Source: Opitutia bacterium (GTDB taxonomy: Bacteria; Verrucomicrobiota; Verrucomicrobiia; Opitutales; Opitutaceae). Taken from it: a DNA stretch of 64,000 nucleotides. The notes beneath the pieces are model-generated. The model saw only the letters and a list, made by a program, of their open reading frames with translations. It had not been told where the DNA came from and made no database searches. Below are positions 27,760-35,526 of this stretch, one piece after another; position 1 is the stretch's first letter, and every line of letters begins with the position of its first letter. The stretch lies in contig CANJVR010000003.1 in NCBI GenBank assembly GCA_947478395.1, forward strand, positions 192,001-256,000, in the 5' to 3' direction. Position numbers and translations under genes: made by a program.

Positions 27760-29268
27760 ATGTCTCATTTTAGCCGTCGTCATTTTTTAAAAAACACTGC
27801 GCTGATTGGCGCTGCGGCCACGCTGTCCGTCCGTTCCTGGGCTCAGGTGCTAGGCGCCAACGGCGATGTTCGCGTCGCCGTTGTGGGCCTCAACGGTCGG
27901 GGCAAAAACCACATCACCAGTCTCAAATCCGTGAAGGGCGCGCGCCTCGTGGCGGTTTGCGATCCCGATTCAGCCGTCTTGGATAGCACCGCGGCGAAGC
28001 TCGCCACGGAAGGCATCGCGGTAAAAAAGTATAGCGATATCCGCGAACTCCTCGCATCGCCCGACATCGACGCGATCACGATCGCCACACCCAACCACTG
28101 GCACTCACTCATGGGGATTTGGGCCTGTCAGGCCGGCAAAGATGTCTACGTCGAAAAGCCCGTCTCCCATAACGTGTGGGAAGGTCGCCAACTCGTGGCC
28201 GCGGCCGCGAAATATAATCGCGTGGTTCAAACCGGCACGCAGATCCGCTCCGGCGAAGGATTGATCGAGGCAGTCGCTTGGACGCGTGCCGGGAATCTCG
28301 GCAAGATTACGGCATCGCGTGGGTTTTGCTACAAACGTCGCGACTCAATCGGCAAAACCGCCGCGCCCACGCCGGTGCCGACCACCGTTAACTACGATCT
28401 TTGGTCCGGTCCCGCGCCGCTCGTGGCACCCCATCGCAACTCCGCAAAAAATGGCCCCATTCACTACGACTGGCATTGGGTCTACCTCTACGGTAACGGC
28501 GATGTGGGCAACCAAGGCATCCATCAAATGGACGTTGCCCGCTGGTTCCTCGGCGAACCTGGCCTCCCGCGCCATACGCTCAGCATCGGGGGTCGTTTAG
28601 GCTACGCCGACGACGGCGATACGCCCAACACCCAAGTCATCGTCCACGACTACGCCACCGCTCCGCTCATCTTCGAAGTACGCGGTCTCCCCGCGCGCTC
28701 CGGGGTGGGCGCACCCTCCGGCGCCGGTGCCGCCGCTGGCTCGGCGGAATCATCCGGCGTCGATAAATATCGCGGGGTTTCCATCGGCAATATCGTCGAC
28801 TGCGAAGGCGGCTCGGTTGTCACCAATGCTTATTTTACCGCAACCGCGTACGACAAAGCCGGTAAAGTCGTGAAAGAGTTCAAAGGCACCGACCGGCAGA
28901 TGCAGAACTTCATCGACGTGGTCCACAGTCGCAAAACCGCGGAGCTCTACGGACCGATCGGCGAAGGCCATGTGTCGAGTGCACTCTGTCACCTGGGCAA
29001 TATTTCGCACCAGATCGGCCATGCGGCTCCCGCCGGTGAAATCGTCGAAAAGATCAAGGGCAACGCGCCGTTCGCAGAAGCTTACGGGCGCATGGCCGAG
29101 CATCTTGCCGCAAACGGCGTGGATCTCGGTAAAACGCCGGCGACGCTCGGACAGATGCTCGCCATCGATCCCGCGGCGGAGAACTTCACCGGCAAAGATG
29201 CCGCCGCCGCGAACGCCCTGCTCACGCGCAACTATCGCGCGCCATTCGTCGTACCGAAGCTCGCGTAG
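27760..29268 (+). CDS. Tat-exported Gfo/Idh/MocA family oxidoreductase
   Basis: SRRHFLK; VVGLNGRG; IATPNHWH; DVYVEKP; GNQGIHQMD. Confidence 0.93.
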   Translation: MSHFSRRHFLKNTALIGAAATLSVRSWAQVLGANGDVRVAVVGLNGRGKNHITSLKSVKGARLVAVCDPDSAVLDSTAAKLATEGIAVKKYSDIRELLASPDIDAITIATPNHWHSLMGIWACQAGKDVYVEKPVSHNVWEGRQLVAAAAKYNRVVQTGTQIRSGEGLIEAVAWTRAGNLGKITASRGFCYKRRDSIGKTAAPTPVPTTVNYDLWSGPAPLVAPHRNSAKNGPIHYDWHWVYLYGNGDVGNQGIHQMDVARWFLGEPGLPRHTLSIGGRLGYADDGDTPNTQVIVHDYATAPLIFEVRGLPARSGVGAPSGAGAAAGSAESSGVDKYRGVSIGNIVDCEGGSVVTNAYFTATAYDKAGKVVKEFKGTDRQMQNFIDVVHSRKTAELYGPIGEGHVSSALCHLGNISHQIGHAAPAGEIVEKIKGNAPFAEAYGRMAEHLAANGVDLGKTPATLGQMLAIDPAAENFTGKDAAAANALLTRNYRAPFVVPKLA

Positions 29269-29466
29269 GGTGAAATTCTCGATGAAACGTTCGGGGTTTA
29301 ACCGCGGAACACGCCGCGGAATAACCAGGACGCGAGCCATAAAAGCATCATGACCTCTGCCTGCTTCGTCCAACCCTGGGCGCGTGAATAGACGCGGGGG
29401 CGACGACGACGGAGCGGAAGAAATCTTTGCGCTTTTTGCGGCCAGCCGGCCGAACTACTTCGCCTG

Positions 29467-30093
29467 CTACGCGCCCGTTCCGTAAAGTCGGTCGCCGAAA
29501 TCACCCAGACCGGGTACGATATATTTTTTGGCGTTGAGCGTCCGGTCGAGCGCCGCCGTGTGAATGATTGTTCCGGGGTGATGCCTCTCCACTTCCGCCA
29601 CTCCCTCGGGCGCCGCGACGATGCACACGAGCGTGGGGTTGGCCGCCCCGTGTTGCTTCGCCACACTGATCGCTTGCGCGGCGCTGCCCCCGGTCGCGAG
29701 CATGGGATCGACGAGAAACACCCGCCGGCCGGCGAGCGGCGGCAGTTTGCAATAATAGTTCCGCGCCACTGCCGTCGTGTGATCGCGCTCCAATCCGAGA
29801 TAGCCGACACTCACATCGGGAAACGTATCGAGGAATGGCTGAACCATCCCCAAGCCCGCGCGCAGGATCGGCACGACGACCAACGGCCGATGCGGCAACA
29901 CGCGCCCCGTCGCCGCCTCCAGCGGGGTCTGGATGAGCTTTTCTTCCGTGGCGAGGTCCCGCGTCGCCTCGATGGCGAGCAGCAGACTAAGTTGATAGGC
30001 CAGCGTGCGGAACGTCGCGGGCTTGGTCGTGACGTCCCGCAGATGCGTCATGATGTGCGCCGCCAGCGGATGGTCGAGAAGGTGGACTGACAT
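29467..30093 (-). CDS. upp: Uracil phosphoribosyltransferase
   Basis: PILRAGLGM, VDPMLATGGS, YIVPGLGDFGDRLYGT. Confidence 0.97.
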   Translation of the reverse strand: MSVHLLDHPLAAHIMTHLRDVTTKPATFRTLAYQLSLLLAIEATRDLATEEKLIQTPLEAATGRVLPHRPLVVVPILRAGLGMVQPFLDTFPDVSVGYLGLERDHTTAVARNYYCKLPPLAGRRVFLVDPMLATGGSAAQAISVAKQHGAANPTLVCIVAAPEGVAEVERHHPGTIIHTAALDRTLNAKKYIVPGLGDFGDRLYGTGA

Positions 30094-30204
30094 AGAAAAA
30101 GGAGGAGACGGGTAAAATCGGGCAGTCGCGAAATGGAAACGGTGGACCTGGATCTAACGCCGCTGAATTTCTCTGCGTTTCGAAGCTTCTCCCGTTTGAA
30201 ATTT

Positions 30205-30897
30205 TTAAAGCAGGTCCCGCTCCACTTTGCGCTCGAGGTAGCGTTCGAACTCCTTGCGCAGCGCTTTTTCCTTTCCACGTAATCCGGGCATGAGGGCGAT
30301 CCAGTTGTACACTTCCTCGCGCAGATGTTTCGGCATCACGGGCTCCATTTCCCGCACGCGGTCGAGGGCGCGCACGCACAGGCCGGCGATTTCATCGCAC
30401 ATGGTCTGCGCGTCGGCGCTGCTGTGCTGGCCGGCGAGACGAATCACTTCCTCCAAGCGGCGATGGCGGCGTTTCAGGATCGCTTTGTAGGAAAGCAAAC
30501 TCGGCACGACGACGTTAACCGTGCGGGGATAGAAGCTCGCCATCAGGTTCCAAGGGTCCGTGCTGTCGCCGGCTGCGCGCAAATCGCTCCGCAGAATCAC
30601 CGACGGGATGTCGGCAAACTTCGCGAACATAAATTCGATGACCGTGCCGCTATCGAGTTCGGAGCCGTCGAAGTTGAAAATCGCCAGGTCGCAAGCGACC
30701 AGCGCGCGAATGTCCTGATCGCGAATGGCGCGGGGCGTCGAGCCACGCGGCTCAAAATCCTGCGGCAGTTCGCAGAGATAACGCCCGTGGGATTTTTCAT
30801 AAATCGCCTCGGCCAGATACGCGTTGCCGATCAGGTGCTTCAGCGTGAACAGCTCGCTGGCAAAATACACGGTGGAGCTGCGCGTTTTTTTTGGCAT
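30205..30897 (-). CDS. Nucleoside 2-deoxyribosyltransferase / nucleotide N-hydrolase family protein
   Basis: VYFASELF, LPQD, DIRAL..CDLAIFNFDG..LDSGTVIE, DLR...WNLM; start at MPKKTR (30897). Confidence 0.82.
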   Translation of the reverse strand: MPKKTRSSTVYFASELFTLKHLIGNAYLAEAIYEKSHGRYLCELPQDFEPRGSTPRAIRDQDIRALVACDLAIFNFDGSELDSGTVIEFMFAKFADIPSVILRSDLRAAGDSTDPWNLMASFYPRTVNVVVPSLLSYKAILKRRHRRLEEVIRLAGQHSSADAQTMCDEIAGLCVRALDRVREMEPVMPKHLREEVYNWIALMPGLRGKEKALRKEFERYLERKVERDLL

Positions 30898-31101
30898 GCG
30901 GGCGGTGCACCGAGCAAGCGGTCGACCCCGGAGCGGCTCAACGCCAAATTCAATGATTCCGGGGTAGCGAAAGCCTTGAGGCTTTCGTGCGTCGACCTCG
31001 AAACGCTCACGCATTCCACAACGCTCGAAATGCGATTCCGGTCCTTGCGAAACAAAAAACGCTCGCGCCCATGCCGGCGTTGGCGCGGGCTCGCGGGAAC
31101 C

Positions 31102-31749
31102 ATGATTCGCGCCCTCGTCTTCGATTTCGATGGACTGATCCTCGACACGGAATCCGCGCTCATCGGCGCGTATGCCGATGTGCACGCAGCGCACGGCGTG
31201 CATTTCGATGAAGCGCATTTCCTGCGCTCCGTGGGCCACGCCGACTACGCCTTCGATCCGTGGCGCGCTTTCGCGCCGCACGCCGACCGCCCGGCCCTTG
31301 AAGTCGAACGTCGCGCCCGGAACCGCGATCGCGATCTCGGGCTGCAAATTCTTCCGGGTGTGGTTTCCCTCATGGACGAAGCGCGCGACGCGGGCCTGTT
31401 CGTCGGCCTCGCGTCGAACTCGCAGCACGACCACTGCGAGCGCCACCTTGCCCGGATCGGGCTCCTCGATCGGTTCAATTTCCTCGCTTGCCGCGAAGAC
31501 GTGCCGTCGCCCAAGCCCGAGCCCGATCTCTACAAACTCGTGTTAAATCAATTCGGCCTGCGCGGCCACGAGGCGATCGCCTTCGAGGATTCGCACACCG
31601 GGAGCCTCGCCGCGAAGCGCGCCGGACTTTTTGTCGTCGCCGCGCCGAACCCTTCGACCGCGCACCACGACTTCGCCCACGTCGATCTGCGGGTTCGTTC
31701 TCTCGCAGAAACTGCCCTCAAAACTTTGTCGGCGCGCTGTAGCGGCTAG
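31102..31749 (+). CDS. HAD-superfamily phosphatase (beta-PGM/CbbY-like)
   Basis: VFDFDGLILDTE, LASNS, KPEPDLY, FEDSHTG. Confidence 0.92.
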   Translation: MIRALVFDFDGLILDTESALIGAYADVHAAHGVHFDEAHFLRSVGHADYAFDPWRAFAPHADRPALEVERRARNRDRDLGLQILPGVVSLMDEARDAGLFVGLASNSQHDHCERHLARIGLLDRFNFLACREDVPSPKPEPDLYKLVLNQFGLRGHEAIAFEDSHTGSLAAKRAGLFVVAAPNPSTAHHDFAHVDLRVRSLAETALKTLSARCSG

Positions 31750-31848
31750 AGGCATGGCTGACGCCGGCGCGGGCAACCACTTGGCTTCTCTCTGGCATTC
31801 TCCGCAGGCGTTATCCGCCACGATGACGGCTGCGGCTGACTGCCGCCA

Positions 31849-33312
31849 CTACCGCTGCAAGGTGATCACACACTCCAAATGCCGCGTCTGGGGGAAAAGG
31901 TCGAAGGGTTGCACGTCGGTCAGGGTGTAGCCCGCGGCGAGAAAACTTTTCAGGTCTCGCATCTGCGTCGCCGGGTCGCAACTCACGTAGACGACGGCGC
32001 GCGGCCCAAACGCAAAGAGCTGGGTCAGGAAGTTTTCATCACAACCTTTCCGCGGAGGATCGATGATCACAACGGTGTCGGCCGGCGTGAACGTCGGATC
32101 GAGGCCGGCGAAAATGGTCGCCGCGTCGCCGGCTTGGAAGGTCGCATTCGCGATATGATTCGCCGCGGCATTTTGTCGGGCAAAGACGATGCTGCTCGCG
32201 CTGAGCTCGATGCCGACGACGCGCGCGAAGGCCGGCGCGGCGCTCAAAGCGAAAAGTCCACTGCCGCAGTAGGCATCCACCAGAAAGCGCGCGCCCGTCG
32301 CCGCTGCTTGGGCGCGAACGTAAGCGGTAAAGGCGGGAAGAATAAACGGGTTGTTCTGAAAAAAATCGCGGGCGAGAAATCGGAGTTTAAGCGGCGGCGG
32401 AACTGCCGCGGCGCTGGTGGTGCGGCCTAAGACCGGCGATGATCGGTCGATGGGAGGAAGCGCGATTTCCTCCGTGATGACCGCTTCGTAGTCGGTGGTC
32501 ACCTGTCCGCCAGCCTCGCGGAGGAGAAGCGTGGCGCCACGCGCATACTCGCCCTCGGCCGCACGGCGGAACACTTCGGCGCGAACCGAGGACAGACGAT
32601 CGTTGATGGCATCGGTCGCGATCGCGCAATGTGGGACATCGATGATATCGAAGCGCGTGCCGGCGCGGAGGAAGCCGATCGGCGGGGGCACCGACGCGAC
32701 GCGGTTTTGGTTTTCGAGTTTTGGGTCGGGAGCTGCTGGCTCTCCGAGCTCCGACACCGCCGAATTTTGAACCCTCAAACCTGAACCACTTCCGCCGCGA
32801 GGGGCGGCGAAATGAGGCGTGATTTTTGAACGGTACCCATATTCGCGCGGCGAGCCGATCACGGGATTCACCTCGAAAGTAATCCCCGCCATGTGCTGGA
32901 GCAGTTCGGCAACCTGGCGGCGTTTCCACGCCAGTTGCTCCGCGTAGGTGAGGTGCTGGTATTGACAGCCCCCGCAACGGCCGAAAAGCGGGCACGGCGC
33001 CGCGATGCGATGGGGCGACGCCGTCAGCACGGCGACCAGATCAGCCTCGGAGTAATTCTTATGATTGCGAAAGACCCGCACGCGCACGCGTTCGCCCGGC
33101 AGCGTGAAAGGCACCATCACGACCCAACCGGCGCCGGCGGACGGCGCAGTTTCGGGCTGCGAGTTCAGCGGTTCGATTTGGCTCGAGCCGGGTTTCGCAG
33201 CGGGCAACGCCACGCGGGCAAGGCCAACCCCGTGGTTGGTGAGCGTCGCGATTTCGAGCTCAAGCTCCGCGTGATAGGAAAAGGGATGATCGTTGAATTT
33301 CTTTTTGCCCAC
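31849..33312 (-). CDS. RlmD/TrmA-type RNA m5U methyltransferase with TRAM domain and 4Fe-4S motif
   Basis: CPLFGRCGGC, YGYRSK, FFQNN, DAYCGSG, IDPPRKG, YVSCDP, DLFPQTRHLE; GTG start at 33312. Confidence 0.92.
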   Translation of the reverse strand: MGKKKFNDHPFSYHAELELEIATLTNHGVGLARVALPAAKPGSSQIEPLNSQPETAPSAGAGWVVMVPFTLPGERVRVRVFRNHKNYSEADLVAVLTASPHRIAAPCPLFGRCGGCQYQHLTYAEQLAWKRRQVAELLQHMAGITFEVNPVIGSPREYGYRSKITPHFAAPRGGSGSGLRVQNSAVSELGEPAAPDPKLENQNRVASVPPPIGFLRAGTRFDIIDVPHCAIATDAINDRLSSVRAEVFRRAAEGEYARGATLLLREAGGQVTTDYEAVITEEIALPPIDRSSPVLGRTTSAAAVPPPLKLRFLARDFFQNNPFILPAFTAYVRAQAAATGARFLVDAYCGSGLFALSAAPAFARVVGIELSASSIVFARQNAAANHIANATFQAGDAATIFAGLDPTFTPADTVVIIDPPRKGCDENFLTQLFAFGPRAVVYVSCDPATQMRDLKSFLAAGYTLTDVQPFDLFPQTRHLECVITLQR

Positions 33313-33400
33313 GGAACCACGGAATACACGGATGCCGGGCAGACCAAGAAAAGGATTTTGTATTTTTTCCAATTCCGTGTGTTCCGTGTGTACCGTGGGC
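33307..33400. repeat. Intact 9-nt-periodic palindromic repeat filling the gap between two divergent methyltransferase genes
   Basis: Left arm GCCCACGGAACCACGGAATACACGGA; right arm TTCCGTGTGTTCCGTGTGTACCGTGGGC (near reverse complement). Confidence 0.9.
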
Positions 33401-34204
33401 GCACCGATCGAATCGATTTCCAGTCTTCAAAACCCCCGCATCAAACAGCTGGTAAAGCTGCGTGACCGACGTCCGCGCGACGATGCCGGCGTATTTCTAG
33501 TCGAAGGCTATCGAGAAATCCGGCGGGCGCTCGAAAAGGGCGTGCTACTCCGGGAGATCTATTTTTCTCCGGATTGGTTTCTCGGCGAAAACGAACCAGC
33601 GCTGATCGCCCAAGCCCAGGCGGCCGGCGCTCAGGCGTTCGAGTTGACCAAGGATACCTTTGCCAAGGTGGCCTATCGCGAACGCCCGGACGGCTTGCTC
33701 GCCGTGGCCCCGCAGTGGAAGCGCACCTTGGCCGAGTTAAAACTCCCGCCCGCGCCGTTTCTACTCGTGGTCGAGGCGATCGAGAAACCGGGCAATCTCG
33801 GAACCATCCTGCGCAGTGCGGATGCGGCGGGCTGCGACGCCGTGATCGTCTGCGATCCGGTGACGGATATTTTCAATCCGAACGTCGTGCGCGCCTCGAC
33901 GGGGGTGTTGTTTTCCGTCCCGCTAGTGGTCGAGGAAAGCACCCGCGTGCAAGCGTGGCTGCGCGACCAAGGCGTGCGTACGGTGGCGACGACGCCGGCG
34001 GCGGAAAAAATTTATTCGGACATCGATCTGCGCGGTCCGCTCGCCGTCGTAATGGGCAGCGAGCAATACGGGCTCAGCGAATTCTGGCTGAAGCACGCGG
34101 ACACGCCGGTGCGCATTCCGATGATGGGACAGGCGGACTCTTTGAACGTGGCGATGGCCACGATCATTACCCTGTTCGAAGCGGTCCGGCAGCGGGGAAA
34201 ATAA
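33395..34204 (+). CDS. TrmH/SpoU family RNA 2'-O-methyltransferase
   Basis: ISSLQNPRIK, FLVEG, IEKPGNLGTILRSA, VMGSEQYGL, IPM.G.ADSLNVA; GTG start at 33395. Confidence 0.93.
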   Translation: MGAPIESISSLQNPRIKQLVKLRDRRPRDDAGVFLVEGYREIRRALEKGVLLREIYFSPDWFLGENEPALIAQAQAAGAQAFELTKDTFAKVAYRERPDGLLAVAPQWKRTLAELKLPPAPFLLVVEAIEKPGNLGTILRSADAAGCDAVIVCDPVTDIFNPNVVRASTGVLFSVPLVVEESTRVQAWLRDQGVRTVATTPAAEKIYSDIDLRGPLAVVMGSEQYGLSEFWLKHADTPVRIPMMGQADSLNVAMATIITLFEAVRQRGK

Positions 34205-34255
34205 CCCACGCGGTCCTTGGACCTCCTAGCCCCGCCGCAACTGCCGCGCGGTCCT

Positions 34256-34364
34256 GGCCACAAAAAACACCAAGGTTTTCATGGCTGCCACGAAGTCCGG
34301 CGGGCACCGATCAACGCGATCGAGCCGTCGTTGAAGTTGGAGACCCCTCGGGGGTTTTGTGGCC
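34256..34364. repeat. Decayed palindromic element with 10-bp terminal inverted repeats GGCCACAAAA...TTTTGTGGCC
   Basis: Read directly; lies between convergent genes. Confidence 0.55.
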
Positions 34365-34408
34365 TCCCGCTATTCCCGTTTCCGAGGTGAGTAATCTAGA
34401 TTTTCGGG

Positions 34409-35452
34409 TTAGCGGGTCCCACCCTTTAGCGACGCGATAAGTTCAGCGGTGCCGGCCGCCATGCTGACACGCGGCACGTAACCGAGATCGCGCCGAGCCG
34501 CCGTGAGATCGAACCAGTGGTCGGTCGCGAGCTCCTTGGCCACAAAGCGGGTCATCGGCGGCTCGCCCCGCAGCGGCAGAACCTTCCACGCCGCTTCGCC
34601 CAGCGCACCGAGGACCGAAGCCGCGCGCAGGGAAATATTTTTGACGACGGGCGGTTCGCCGAGCCCGCGCAACAGCTCGTTAATCCAGTCCCACAACACA
34701 ACCGGCTCGCCATTCGTGATGAAGTACGCGCGACCGGCGGCCGATTTTGTCGCGCCGTCGCCCGAGGGAATGTCACCTATTAAGTGACATGTGGAGAGAG
34801 CGCGCTCGGCGAGGAGGTGGGCGTCGACCGCATTTTCGATGTGCACCAGATCTACCCGATTTCGGCCGGTGCCTACGATCCGCAAACTTCCGGCGCGGGC
34901 GCGCGCGAGGAGCCGCGGCACGAGATGCGGGTCGCCCACGCCCCAGATGAGATGCGGGCGCAGGGCCACCGTAAGAAATAAGCGGGTGTTGGCCGCCAGC
35001 ACCGCGCGTTCAGCGAGGGCTTTGGTTAGCGGATAGGGACTAGGACAGGAAGTCGTCAACGGCAGCGATTCATCGACCCCGGCAAGGGAGTGGCCGTTGT
35101 ACACGACGCTGGGCGTGCTGGTATAAACGAAACGCTCCACACCTGCAGCCCGCGCGGCGGCGAGCAACGTCGTGGTCGCCGCGGTATTGTCGCGATAATA
35201 ATCGGCGTAGCGGCCCCACACGCCGACGCGCGCGGCTACGTGGAAAACCGTGCCGACACCTTCGCAGGCTGCGGCGCACGTCACCGGCTCGTGGAGTGCG
35301 CCCACGACCACGCGAATGCCGCGGGCACTAAGTTCGGGTCGGGCTAAACGTGAGACCACGGCAATCTCGCGTCCTGCGGCGAGGAGCCGATTGACGAGAT
35401 GCGAACCAAGAAAGCCGGTGCCACCGGTGATCAGAACGGGGGTGTTGCCCAC
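34409..35452 (-). CDS. oleD: OleD-like 2-alkyl-3-oxoalkanoate reductase (extended SDR, 3-beta-HSD-like)
   Basis: TGGTGFLG, FHVAA, YTSTPSVV, YPLTK, LRPHLIWG.GD, GEPPMTRFVA; directly downstream of the OleC-like gene. Confidence 0.8.
   Translation of the reverse strand: MGNTPVLITGGTGFLGSHLVNRLLAAGREIAVVSRLARPELSARGIRVVVGALHEPVTCAAACEGVGTVFHVAARVGVWGRYADYYRDNTAATTTLLAAARAAGVERFVYTSTPSVVYNGHSLAGVDESLPLTTSCPSPYPLTKALAERAVLAANTRLFLTVALRPHLIWGVGDPHLVPRLLARARAGSLRIVGTGRNRVDLVHIENAVDAHLLAERALSTCHLIGDIPSGDGATKSAAGRAYFITNGEPVVLWDWINELLRGLGEPPVVKNISLRAASVLGALGEAAWKVLPLRGEPPMTRFVAKELATDHWFDLTAARRDLGYVPRVSMAAGTAELIASLKGGTR
34770..34790. repeat. 21-bp near-palindrome ATGTCACCTATTAAGTGACAT, copy 1 (in frame inside oleD)
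   Basis: Identical to 39572-39592. Confidence 0.9.
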
Positions 35453-35474
35453 GGCGCACACGGAATACACGAAA
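35447..35474. repeat. Single well-preserved arm of the 9-nt-periodic repeat at the oleD start
   Basis: GCCCACGGCGCACACGGAATACACGAAA matches the arms at 33307-33400. Confidence 0.85.
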
Positions 35475-35526
35475 GAATTCCAGCTAAAGTTATTTCGACG
35501 CGTCTCGGCGGCGGCCGTCGAACGGG

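Noticed and set aside
30325..31446. Long N-terminal extensions of the NDT and HAD ORFs overlapping each other
   Set aside because: Domain motifs begin at 30897 and 31102; the extensions are antisense read-through of the partner gene.
33307..33400. CRISPR array or IS ends
   Set aside because: Only short 9-nt periodic units in inverted arms; no repeat-spacer structure, cas genes or transposase in the window.
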